This document shows positions 18,604 to 27,065 of a stretch of DNA of 64,000 bases, one piece after another; position 1 is the first letter of the stretch, and the number at the start of each line of letters is the position of its first letter. The stretch spans positions 103,266 to 167,265 of the forward strand of contig JBAZSZ010000002.1 of the NCBI GenBank assembly GCA_041662205.1, read 5' to 3'. A model generated the notes under the pieces. The model saw only the letters and a list, made by a program, of their open reading frames with translations, was not told where the DNA came from and ran no database searches. The position numbers were made by a program, and so were the translations under genes. Origin of the DNA: Minisyncoccota bacterium. Lineage in GTDB: Bacteria; Patescibacteriota; Minisyncoccia; Phycocordibacterales; UBA9973.

Positions 18604-19530
18604 TTATTTTTGATTGTGAAACTTTTTGTGGATATCTCGTAAGTGTTTATCAGTGACATGGGTATAAATTTGTGTGGTGTTGATGTTGGCATGGCCGAGC
18701 ATCGCTTGTACAGAACGTAAATCTGCTCCGTTGCTAAGTAAGTCGGTCGCAAACATGTGCCTCATCACGTGCGGAGTAACCTTTTTGGAAATTCCCGCTT
18801 TGGTGGCGTGCTGTTTCACGATTCTTTCAATAGATCTTCTGGTTAATGGTTTTACATCTTTTAATTTTTCATTTTTTTTATTGGTTGTTCCAATTTGGAT
18901 AAATAAAGCATCACTCATATCTTTCCTTGCTGATAGATAATTTTTGACTGCTTTTTTTGCATCATCAGAAATAAAAACCACTCTTACTTTTCCACCTTTA
19001 CCACGAATAGAAAGTTCTTCTGAATGCAAATCAATATCAGCAGTTAGGGAACACAGCTCTGAGACGCGGAGTCCAGTGGAAAATAAAAGTTCTAAAATAG
19101 CCTTATCACGCAAATCTTTCAATTCTGTGCCTTTTGGAGAATCTAAAAGTCTCGAGAGTTCTAGGGGAGTAATCAAATCTAAGGATCTTTCATTTACTTT
19201 GGCTAATTCAATTCGTTCAGATGAAAGTGTTTTCACATCTTGTCGTGCTAAATATTTTAAAAATGCTCTCACTGCAATCAAATAATAATTTTGAGTTTTT
19301 TTCGACAAAGTTTCTCCGGTAGCTCTATTGTTGCCAGTTGATTGGCGGTTCAGCCAAAGACGAAATTCTCTTACCATAGCATCATCTATCTTTTCAGGAT
19401 TGTCATTTTTTATATATTCTAAAAAACGACTTAGGTAATGGTCATAATTTTCTACCGTTTTTAAGGATCGCCCTTTTTCTATCTCTATATATTCCAAAAA
19501 TTGAGTTTTGAGCTGTTTTAAGGAGGACAT
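18604..19530 (-). CDS. xerD: Tyrosine site-specific recombinase XerC/XerD
   Basis: C-terminal HVMRHMFATDLLSNGADLRSVQAMLGHANINTTQIYTHV. The likely start is MSSLKQLK (ATG near 19530) with a GGAGG Shine-Dalgarno sequence upstream. Confidence 0.8.
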   Translation of the reverse strand: MSSLKQLKTQFLEYIEIEKGRSLKTVENYDHYLSRFLEYIKNDNPEKIDDAMVREFRLWLNRQSTGNNRATGETLSKKTQNYYLIAVRAFLKYLARQDVKTLSSERIELAKVNERSLDLITPLELSRLLDSPKGTELKDLRDKAILELLFSTGLRVSELCSLTADIDLHSEELSIRGKGGKVRVVFISDDAKKAVKNYLSARKDMSDALFIQIGTTNKKNEKLKDVKPLTRRSIERIVKQHATKAGISKKVTPHVMRHMFATDLLSNGADLRSVQAMLGHANINTTQIYTHVTDKHLRDIHKKFHNQK

Positions 19531-19567
19531 ATTGCAATTATAACAGTTTTGTGTTAATATTGTGAAT

Positions 19568-19831
19568 ATGTTAAACACCAAGAAAAAGCAAGCAGTAATA
19601 AAGAAAAATCAAATACACGAGAAAGACACAGGCTCTTCAGAGGTGCAGGTGGCTGTTTTGTCTACTCAGATTTCCGAATTGGCAAAACATTTAAAGAAAC
19701 ATAAAAAAGATAATCATTCTCGTCGAGGGTTGATCAAGATGGTCGCTGACAGACGTACTCATTTGAAATATTTGGAACGAAAAAGCAAGCCTCGTTACGC
19801 TGCATTGATGAAGAAAATGGATCTCGCGTAA
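19568..19831 (+). CDS. rpsO: 30S ribosomal protein S15
   Basis: [42 protein letters not shown]. The ATG at 19568 is preceded closely by a TAATAT -10-like hexamer. Confidence 0.9.
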   Translation: MLNTKKKQAVIKKNQIHEKDTGSSEVQVAVLSTQISELAKHLKKHKKDNHSRRGLIKMVADRRTHLKYLERKSKPRYAALMKKMDLA

Positions 19832-19838
19832 AGGAAGG

Positions 19839-19970
19839 TTTTTAAAATTCTTTCTTGGCATACTTTTTATAAAGCAATCTATCTGGCGAAGCTTCGCCAG
19901 CGAACTGCTCGGCTCGTCAGCCTGCGCAAGGCTTTCTAAAAAATACGCCTGCAACAAATTTTAAAAATCT
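19839..19970. repeat. Structured GC-rich intergenic element, family T1, copy 1 (downstream of rpsO)
   Basis: tttttataaagcAATCTATCTGGCGAAGCTTCGCCAGCGAACTGCTCGGCTCGTCAGCCTGCGCAAGgctttctaaaaaa, with outer AT-rich inverted arms. It ends at the TATAAT of the NYN gene. Confidence 0.7.
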
Positions 19971-19984
19971 GCTATAATACACAC

Positions 19985-20494
19985 ATGACAGTTATAAAAC
20001 ATAAAGAACAAAGAGTTGGGGTTTTTATTGATACTCAAAATTTATATCATAGTGCTCGCAATCTATATCAGGCGCGGGTTAATTTCGGTGCAGTTTTGAA
20101 AGATGCAGTAGCGGGGAGGAAGCTCGTGCGGGCAGTGGCTTATGTTATCACCACTGAAGCAGGAGATGAAAAGAATTTTTTTGAAGCGCTTTCGAAGCTT
20201 GGTATAGAAACCAAAACTAAAGACTTACAAATATTTGCTGGGGGTGCAAAAAAAGCGGATTGGGATGTAGGGCTCGCTGTGGATGCGATAAAAATGTCAC
20301 CCCGCCTCGATTCCGTGGTAATAATTTCTGGTGATGGAGACTTCATTCCATTAGTGGAATATTTACAGACGAATGGTGTACAAGTAGAAGTCGTTTCATT
20401 TGGTAAATCAACATCTAGTAAACTCCGTGAAGTGGTAGATGATTTTGTGGACCTATCTGAAAATCCTAGAAAATATTTAATGGGGGTGAAATAA
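19985..20494 (+). CDS. NYN/LabA-like domain protein (PIN-like predicted RNase) sitting between rpsO and pnp
   Basis: VGVFIDTQNLYHSARN and VIISGDGDFIPLVEYLQ, matching the NYN-domain pattern. Confidence 0.7.
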   Translation: MTVIKHKEQRVGVFIDTQNLYHSARNLYQARVNFGAVLKDAVAGRKLVRAVAYVITTEAGDEKNFFEALSKLGIETKTKDLQIFAGGAKKADWDVGLAVDAIKMSPRLDSVVIISGDGDFIPLVEYLQTNGVQVEVVSFGKSTSSKLREVVDDFVDLSENPRKYLMGVK

Positions 20495-20676
20495 TTTCTA
20501 TCTTTTTGCTTTTTGGTTATAAAATGCTAGGATAAATAATAGTTCATTAAAATTATTTATTAGTTAATCAGGTTCGCGTTTAGACACAAAGTAGTGTTTC
20601 CACTTATTATTTAAGTTGTGAAACAACACTGTAGTCTGGATACGAACCCTGCCCGCCTCTGGTGGGTGAAAAAAAG

Positions 20677-22791
20677 ATGCAAAAAAAAGAATATAGTGTA
20701 GAGATCGGAGGGAAAACATTGACTGCTATTTTTACTGATTTAGCAGAACAGGCACAAGGCTCTGTAATATTAAAATATGGAGAGACTATAGTCCTCGCCA
20801 CCGCCTGTATGTCGAAAGATAAACAACAAGGCTTGGGATTTTTTAATTTGACTGTTGACTATGTGGAGAAATTTTATGCAGCTGGAAAAATTTTAGGTTC
20901 TCGTTTTGTTCGCCGAGAAGGCAAGCCATCTGAAGAAGCGATCTTGGCTTGCCGAGTGATAGACCGCACTCTTCGTCCTCTCTTTGATCAAACGATGCGA
21001 CATGCGGTACAGATAATAGTGACAGTACTTTCAGTTGATGATAACGACCCGACTATTTTAGCTGTAAATGCAGCTTCTCTCGCTCTCGCTGTTTCTAATA
21101 TTCCATGGAATGGGCCTATTGGTTGTGTGCGCATTGGCAAGTATGACAACGATGACTTGAGGATTAATCCACCACAAAATTTACGAATAGACGAGGATAC
21201 TCAATATAAATTTGATCTGACTGTTTGCGGAAAAGACGGTAATATAAATATGATAGAAGCTTCTGCGCGCCAAAGTGAAGAGGAGGAATTAGAGTCTGCC
21301 TTGCAAAAAGCAAGTGAGGAAATAAAAAAGTTGGAAGATTTTCAAAAAAATATTATTAAAGAAATTGGCAAAGAAAAAAGAATCATAGAAAAAGAAAAAA
21401 TATCAGAAGAGTCAGTAGCTTTATTCAATGAAAATATTTTACCCAAGATGGAAGATGCTATTTTTGCGGGACCTGGTAAAACTAAAATTGAAGCATTGCA
21501 TAATGTTTGGAATAAAATGGTGAGGGATGGTTTTAAGGATCGTGAAGATTTTAGTTTGGAAGATAATTTATTTGATGATACAGAAAATGAAATTTTGCAT
21601 AAAAAAGCGATAGAAGAAAATAAGCGGGCAGATGGTAGGGGGATGGATGAACTTCGAGATCTATATGCGCAAGCAGGAGGTTTGTCATCACAGCTTCATG
21701 GTTCTGGAATTTTTTATCGTGGAGGCACCCATGTACTTTCGGTTTTAACTTTAGGAGGACCAGAAGATAGAAATTTGGTGGACGGTTTACAATTGAAAGT
21801 AGAAAAAAGATTTATGCATCATTACAATTTTCCGCCATACTCTGCGGGAGAAGTGGGAAGGGCAGGTTTTACTAATCGTCGAGAAGTCGGGCATGGAGCG
21901 CTCGCTCAAAAAGCTCTTGCCATGGTGTTGCCAGCTGTTTCCGAATTTCCATATACGATGCGTTTGGTTTCTGAATCAATGGCTTCAAATGGTTCAACCT
22001 CTCAAGCATCTATTTGTGCTTCCGTTCTTGCCTTGATGGATGGGGGAGTACCGATCTTAGCTCCTGTTGCTGGTATCGCTATGGGACTAATGTATGAGTC
22101 TGATGCAAAATATAAAATCTTAACGGATATTCAAGGCCCTGAAGATCATCATGGAGATATGGATTTTAAAATTGCAGGAACTAGAGAGGGAGTGACGGCT
22201 ATCCAGCTCGATGTAAAAGTGGAAGGTGTACCAATAAAAATATTAGGTGAAGCGATGAGACAATCTAAAGGTGCACGAGTGGCTATCATCGACAGAATTG
22301 AAAAAGAAATTTCAAAACCACGCTCAGATATTTCTCCAAATGCGCCAAAAATTTTGATTATCAAAATTGACCCGAATAAAATTGGTTTAGTAATAGGTGG
22401 TGGAGGAAAAACAATTAAAGAAATTAAAGAAAAATCTGGCGCTGAAATAACTATTGAAGATGATGGAACGGTATATTTGACAGGAAAAGATGGAGCAGCC
22501 GAAAAAGCAAAAGAGATAGTGGAAGAAATGACCCATGAATTTAAAGTTGGCGAAATGTTGAAAGGCGAGGTTGTAAAGATTGCTGACTTTGGAGCTTTTG
22601 TGGCCCTGAATCCTTTTACTGATGGCATGGTGCATATTTCTGAAATAGCACCATTTCGTGTTGAGAGAGTATCGGATATAATAAAAGAAGGTATGATAGT
22701 GCCAGTAAAGGTGATAAAGATAGATAGTGAGAGAGGTAAGATCAGCTTATCTATTAAAGAAGCAGATAAGGATTTCTTCAAAAAGCTTTAA
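20677..22791 (+). CDS. pnp: Polynucleotide phosphorylase
   Basis: Two RNase PH-like domains plus C-terminal KH (IGLVIGGGGKTIKEI) and S1 (GEVVKIADFGAFVAL) domains. An ATG at 20677 follows the GTG at 20662. Confidence 0.9.
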   Translation: MQKKEYSVEIGGKTLTAIFTDLAEQAQGSVILKYGETIVLATACMSKDKQQGLGFFNLTVDYVEKFYAAGKILGSRFVRREGKPSEEAILACRVIDRTLRPLFDQTMRHAVQIIVTVLSVDDNDPTILAVNAASLALAVSNIPWNGPIGCVRIGKYDNDDLRINPPQNLRIDEDTQYKFDLTVCGKDGNINMIEASARQSEEEELESALQKASEEIKKLEDFQKNIIKEIGKEKRIIEKEKISEESVALFNENILPKMEDAIFAGPGKTKIEALHNVWNKMVRDGFKDREDFSLEDNLFDDTENEILHKKAIEENKRADGRGMDELRDLYAQAGGLSSQLHGSGIFYRGGTHVLSVLTLGGPEDRNLVDGLQLKVEKRFMHHYNFPPYSAGEVGRAGFTNRREVGHGALAQKALAMVLPAVSEFPYTMRLVSESMASNGSTSQASICASVLALMDGGVPILAPVAGIAMGLMYESDAKYKILTDIQGPEDHHGDMDFKIAGTREGVTAIQLDVKVEGVPIKILGEAMRQSKGARVAIIDRIEKEISKPRSDISPNAPKILIIKIDPNKIGLVIGGGGKTIKEIKEKSGAEITIEDDGTVYLTGKDGAAEKAKEIVEEMTHEFKVGEMLKGEVVKIADFGAFVALNPFTDGMVHISEIAPFRVERVSDIIKEGMIVPVKVIKIDSERGKISLSIKEADKDFFKKL

Positions 22792-22818
22792 AATTCTTTA
22801 TTTTATAAACTTTTCTTT

Positions 22819-22888
22819 GGTACGGATTTTTTGAAGCTTAAAAAATCCTGAAGTTCTCGGCTCGTCAGCCTCGAAACCCCGCGAAAAG
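22819..22888 (+). repeat. Structured intergenic element, family T2, copy 1 (downstream of pnp)
   Basis: GGTACGGATTTTTTgaagcttAAAAAATCCTGAAGTTCTCGGCTCGTCAGCCTCGAAACCCC. It shares the CTCGGCTCGTCAGCC core with T1. Confidence 0.7.
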
Positions 22889-22913
22889 TTATATAATAAA
22901 GAATTAACGCTAT

Positions 22914-23804
22914 ATGGAAAAAGATAATGAAATATTTCCCCACCCAACGGGTGTAGGCGGGGAACATAAAATAGTGGAGACTTTTGCCGGAGATATGGCA
23001 GAGATACTTGAAAATGACAGAGAGGGTTTGGTAAAAAAAATAATCCATAAGGAGAAAGAATATGAAGAGAAAAAGAAAAACTTTTCTCCAGAATCAAAGG
23101 AAAATAAACTTTTTATGTTTGTTAGTTTTTTATTTTTATTTTTTGCTTTATTAATTTTATTTTTTTTCTTTGTTAAAAAAGAAAATAATGTAGTGCAAGT
23201 TGAAAAAAGATTTACCCCTATTATTTTTAACGACCGGAATACCTTTTTAGAAGTTTCAGAACTTAAAAAAGAAGAAATAGCGCAGACTGTTTTAGGAGAA
23301 ATCAATACTACTAAAGTAAAAGTAGGAGGAGTCGAAGGAATTTATCTAACAGAAAACAAACAAATCATCGGATTCAGAAGATTTCTCACTTTAATTAAGA
23401 GTAATTTTGTTAGCAATATTTCTTTGAGCGACAACACACTTTTTTTTAATGACAATTTCTTATTGGGTGGGGTGATTCTTGAATCTAAGAACTTTTTTAT
23501 CTTACTCAAAGTACGTTCTTTTGCTGATGTTTTTGATGCCCTACATTCATGGGAGGAGAAAATGTTTTTTGATCTGAATGGATTTTTTGGATTGAATCTT
23601 TCAGCTGATACTAATTATCTTTTAACGAAAGAATTTCAAGATGGGATCGTTGAAAATAAAAATGCTCGTATTCTTTATGATAAAGACAATAAAGCAGTTT
23701 TAATGTATGTTTTTGGAGATGATAATTCTGTTGTTATCTCTAACTCACAAAACGCAGTACATGAGATTATGTTGCGTCTCGCTTCTGCTCAAAAAAAGCA
23801 ATAA
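22914..23804 (+). CDS. Hypothetical single-pass membrane protein
   Basis: ORF track. One TM segment, LFMFVSFLFLFFALLILFFFFV. Confidence 0.5.
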   Translation: MEKDNEIFPHPTGVGGEHKIVETFAGDMAEILENDREGLVKKIIHKEKEYEEKKKNFSPESKENKLFMFVSFLFLFFALLILFFFFVKKENNVVQVEKRFTPIIFNDRNTFLEVSELKKEEIAQTVLGEINTTKVKVGGVEGIYLTENKQIIGFRRFLTLIKSNFVSNISLSDNTLFFNDNFLLGGVILESKNFFILLKVRSFADVFDALHSWEEKMFFDLNGFFGLNLSADTNYLLTKEFQDGIVENKNARILYDKDNKAVLMYVFGDDNSVVISNSQNAVHEIMLRLASAQKKQ

Positions 23805-23807
23805 GAT

Positions 23808-24887
23808 TTAATGTTTTATTTTTTTGATTTTTTCCCAAGGAAAATTTTTCTTGCCAAAATGGCCATATATAGCAGTCTGCTCATATATGGGTTTTTGGAG
23901 ACTCAGAGTTTTGATTATAGCGAGTGGTTTAAAGTCAAAATTTTGGCGGACAATTTTTGATAAATCTTCCCCTTTTTCATTTATTGCTTCTATCATCAGA
24001 GGTTCAGCCATACCTATAGCGTAAGCGACAGATACCAATATTTCTTTGCCGTATCCTGATGCTACTAAACTTTTGGCAACAAAACGCGCCATATAAGCAC
24101 CGGAGCGATCCACCTTTGTAGCGTCTTTTCCAGAAAAACATCCGCCTCCGTGGGGAATGAGCGCGCCATAAGTGTCTACTATTATTTTTCTTCCAGTTAA
24201 CCCTGTATCTGCTGCAAAACCACCGGAAGTAAATTTGTCTGTCGGATTTACTAAAATTTTTACTGTTTTTCGCTCTTCGGGAGATAGAAGGGGATTGATT
24301 ATTTTTTTTGTAATTTCTTTTTTTATTTCTTCCAAGGTAACATCTGGTGAATGTTGAGTACTCACTAATACAGTATGCAGTTTTCCATTAGTATAAGTTA
24401 CTTGTGTTTTGCCATCTGGTTGGAGCCATTTTATTTTTTTATTTTTATCAGTACTTTTTCTTGTCTCTTCTAAGCGTCTGGCAAGTTTGTGTGCTAACAC
24501 TACTCCTTTTGGTAAGAATTCCGGTGTTTCATTTGTGGCATATCCATACATAATGCCTTGATCTCCTGCTCCACCAATATCTACTCCTTTCGCTATATCA
24601 GGAGATTGAGTGACTATATGCGCAGAGATATTAAGTTTGTCTGTATAGCCAATTTTTTGATATACATTTTTTGCGATTTTGACATAATCTACCTTTCCTT
24701 TGGAAGTTACTTCTCCGCCGATGACAAGCTTGCCATGGCCACCAAAAATTTCTACGGCTACACGGCTTTTTGGATCTATTTTTAAATACGCATCTAAAAT
24801 AGCGTCTGATATTTGATCACAGATTTTATCTGGATGACCGGAAGTTACACTCTCGACGGTGTAATTGTTGCTGTGTTTGTAAAACAT
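23808..24887 (-). CDS. metK: S-adenosylmethionine synthetase
   Basis: ESVTSGHPDKICDQISDAILD and the GGGAFSGKD-type motif GGGCFSGKDATKVDRSGAY. Confidence 0.9.
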   Translation of the reverse strand: MFYKHSNNYTVESVTSGHPDKICDQISDAILDAYLKIDPKSRVAVEIFGGHGKLVIGGEVTSKGKVDYVKIAKNVYQKIGYTDKLNISAHIVTQSPDIAKGVDIGGAGDQGIMYGYATNETPEFLPKGVVLAHKLARRLEETRKSTDKNKKIKWLQPDGKTQVTYTNGKLHTVLVSTQHSPDVTLEEIKKEITKKIINPLLSPEERKTVKILVNPTDKFTSGGFAADTGLTGRKIIVDTYGALIPHGGGCFSGKDATKVDRSGAYMARFVAKSLVASGYGKEILVSVAYAIGMAEPLMIEAINEKGEDLSKIVRQNFDFKPLAIIKTLSLQKPIYEQTAIYGHFGKKNFPWEKIKKIKH

Positions 24888-24902
24888 GATAGGAGTATAA
24901 CA

Positions 24903-24955
24903 TTTCCCCCACCCCAGGGATAGGGGAAATCCCCTATCCCTGGGGTGGGGGAAAC
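24903..24955. repeat. Perfect 53-bp palindrome (25-bp arms, 3-nt spacer) between divergent metK and the dksA-like gene
   Basis: TTTCCCCCACCCCAGGGATAGGGGA-aat-TCCCCTATCCCTGGGGTGGGGGAAA. GC-rich in an AT-rich genome. Its GGGATAGGG centre resembles the core of the in-frame element family. Confidence 0.85.
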
Positions 24956-24968
24956 TTGCTATGAAAAT

Positions 24969-25346
24969 ATGAAATGTTATGATTGTGGCATGTTAGACAA
25001 GAAAAAAATTAAAGAGAAATTAGAAAAAGAAAGAGATGTTTTGCTTGAGCAGATGAAGGACTGGGGCAAATTAAATGGAGAGACAGGAGAGTGGGAAGCG
25101 ATTCCGGAAGTATTGGAATTTCCGGAAACTGATGAAAATGATAAAGCCGACCGGTTCGAGAATTTTGAAGCTAGAAGTTCTATGATCAGAACCCTAGAGC
25201 CAAGATTAAATATTATTTTAAAATCATTGAAAGGAATAAATAGAGAGTCTTTTGGAAAGTGTGTAGTTTGTGGAAAATTTATTGAAATGGCGCGCTTGGA
25301 AGCAAATCCTGCTGCTCAGACATGTAAGAAACATTTAGAAAGTTAA
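24969..25346 (+). CDS. DksA/TraR-family C4 zinc-finger protein
   Basis: C-terminal CVVCGKFIEMARLEANPAAQTCKKH preceded by a coiled-coil region. The ORF-track start (GTG at 24945) lies inside the palindrome; an ATG at 24969 is more plausible. Confidence 0.65.
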   Translation: MKCYDCGMLDKKKIKEKLEKERDVLLEQMKDWGKLNGETGEWEAIPEVLEFPETDENDKADRFENFEARSSMIRTLEPRLNIILKSLKGINRESFGKCVVCGKFIEMARLEANPAAQTCKKHLES

Positions 25347-25349
25347 TTT

Positions 25350-26966
25350 ATGAGTTTTGCCAAAGTTTATTCAGCGCAAGTTAATTTACTCAAGGGTTCT
25401 ATCGTGACTATTGAAGTAGATCTCTCAAAAGGGCTCCACTCTTTTAGCTTGGTTGGTTTGCCGGACAAAGCGGTGGATGAATCCAAAGATAGAGTAAGCG
25501 GAGCCATAAAAAATTCTGGCTTTAAATCTCCCAAAGCAAAAAATCAAAAGATAATAGTTTCGCTTTCACCGGCTGATTTGAAAAAGGAGGGCCCTTTTTT
25601 TGATTTAGGAATTGCTTTGTCTTATATGCTAGCGGCGGGTGACGTGAAATTTGATTCAGAGAAAAAGATTTTTTTAGGAGAGCTGGGGCTCGATGGAACT
25701 TTGCGGAAAATCCGTGGGGCCTTACCACTTGCGCAAGAAGCTAAAAGACTTGGTTTTGAAGAAATATATTTACCAAAAGAAAATGCAGTCGAGGCGGCGT
25801 TAGTGGAAGGCATAAAAATTTTTGGAGCAAATAGTTTGCAGGAAGTGGTGAGGCATCTAAGCCCCAATGAGGCCAGCAAAATTTTTTCGGGTCCTCGGTC
25901 TGAAGCCAGACCAGCTCAAAAATCTTCTAGCCTCATTGAGGCTGGAGGATTAATTAATATTCAGCCGCAAACAAAAATAAATTATAAAAAAGAAATATCA
26001 CGGATTGATTTTTCAGATATTCGTGGGCAAGAGGGAGCCAAGCGAGGTTTGGAAATTGCGGCAGCTGGCGGACACAATATCGCCATGTATGGCCCACCGG
26101 GCACAGGTAAGACGATGCTTGCTCGGGCATTTTCTCAACTACTACCAGATTTAGATCTTGATGAGGTTTTAGAAATTACAGGCATTCACTCAGTAGCAGG
26201 AAATACAAATGGAGAGTTAGTTTGTTTTCCTCCATTTCGTTCCCCGCATCATACTTCGTCCTATGTTTCTATTATCGGTGGAGGGACATATCCAAAGCCC
26301 GGAGAAGTGACGCTCGCACATCGCGGAGTTTTATTTTTAGATGAATTTCCAGAATTTGAAAAAAGAGTGATCGAATCTCTGCGCCAGCCACTCGAAGACA
26401 ACATTGTTTCAATTTCGCGCGCCAAAGGAAATGCTTGTTTTCCTTCAAATTTTATTTTAGTCGCGGCGATGAATCCTTGTCCTTGTGGGAACGCGACTTC
26501 GAAACAAAAAGCATGCATTTGCAAACCGTCCGACTTAGATAGATATAAAAGAAAATTGTCTGGACCGATTGTGGATCGTATCGATCTCTGGGTTTCTGTC
26601 GGTAACGTTGATTATAAAAAATTAGGAGGCGATGGGGATGGCGAGAAAAGTGAAAAGATAAAAGAAAGAATAATCAAAGCGCGAGAAAACCAAAAAAATA
26701 GATTTAAAAAATTTGAGAAAGATATTAAGAAAAAAATCACAACTAATAGTGAGATGAATGTAAAAGATCTAGGTATGATGGTGCCACTCGGTGGCAAAGT
26801 GAGAGACTTGCTCGATGATAGTGCAGAACGTTTGAGCTTGTCTGCTCGCGCCTATCATCGGATAATTAAAATAGCATGCACGATAGCAGACTTGGAAAAT
26901 TCTCCTGAGGTAGAAGAGCATCATATTTTAGAAGCGATACAATATCGACCGAAAGTTAATAACTAG
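25350..26966 (+). CDS. comM: YifB/ComM-family Mg-chelatase-like AAA+ ATPase, carrying an internally deleted copy of the palindromic element in its linker
   Basis: N-terminal Lon-like domain, Walker A GPPGTGKT, Walker B VLFLDEF, and a C-terminal Mg-chelatase region. The linker SGPRSEARPAQ is encoded by repeat copy E. Confidence 0.8.
   Translation: MSFAKVYSAQVNLLKGSIVTIEVDLSKGLHSFSLVGLPDKAVDESKDRVSGAIKNSGFKSPKAKNQKIIVSLSPADLKKEGPFFDLGIALSYMLAAGDVKFDSEKKIFLGELGLDGTLRKIRGALPLAQEAKRLGFEEIYLPKENAVEAALVEGIKIFGANSLQEVVRHLSPNEASKIFSGPRSEARPAQKSSSLIEAGGLINIQPQTKINYKKEISRIDFSDIRGQEGAKRGLEIAAAGGHNIAMYGPPGTGKTMLARAFSQLLPDLDLDEVLEITGIHSVAGNTNGELVCFPPFRSPHHTSSYVSIIGGGTYPKPGEVTLAHRGVLFLDEFPEFEKRVIESLRQPLEDNIVSISRAKGNACFPSNFILVAAMNPCPCGNATSKQKACICKPSDLDRYKRKLSGPIVDRIDLWVSVGNVDYKKLGGDGDGEKSEKIKERIIKARENQKNRFKKFEKDIKKKITTNSEMNVKDLGMMVPLGGKVRDLLDDSAERLSLSARAYHRIIKIACTIADLENSPEVEEHHILEAIQYRPKVNN
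25884..25913 (-). repeat. Internally deleted palindromic element copy E inside comM
   Basis: ttttcgGGTCCTCGGTCTgaagCCAGACCAgct. Both termini are retained and the central palindrome is replaced by gaag. Confidence 0.6.
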
Positions 26967-26992
26967 TTATCCACAGTACCTTTGTTGACAAG

Positions 26993-27008
26993 TGAACGCT
27001 TGTTCACT
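26993..27008 (+). promoter_or_regulatory. Cheo-type LexA (SOS) box GAAC-N4-GTTC inside a sigma70-like promoter (TTGACA, 18 nt, TATACT)
   Basis: ttgacaAGTGAACGCTTGTTCACttatact. The operator fills the -35/-10 spacer. lexA lies about 260 bp downstream on the same strand. Confidence 0.7.
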
Positions 27009-27065
27009 TATACTATATTTACGACCAAGTCGCGGGTCAAATTAGTAAAAATAATAAATAAACAT

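Noticed and set aside
18604-19530. xerC/D-like recombinase plus the nearby tRNA cluster as an integrated mobile element or prophage
   Set aside because: There are no phage, conjugation or cargo genes between the recombinase and the tRNAs. The neighbours are xth, rpsO and pnp. The recombinase looks like the chromosomal dimer-resolution XerC/D, so I treat the tRNA-fragment repeats as a separate low-confidence observation only.
22149-22781. Antisense ORFs inside long genes (for example 22149..22781 and 22387..22635 within pnp; 7497..7940 and 9432..9893 within the 918-aa gene; 29402..29740 within rny; 52047..52406 within pgk)
   Set aside because: These are shadow ORFs on the opposite strand of well-supported genes. 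Their translations are low-complexity (Ser/Phe/Ile-rich) with no motifs.
26982-27065. N-terminal TTG-initiated extension of the small ORF upstream of lexA (ORF track 26982..27272)
   Set aside because: The extension starts inside the -35 hexamer and spans the LexA box and the -10, so it would lie upstream of the transcript start. Only the ATG at about 27066 is plausible. There was also a 1-nt inconsistency between my hand-indexing of the displayed text and the ORF-track frame in this stretch, so coordinates here are good to +/-1.
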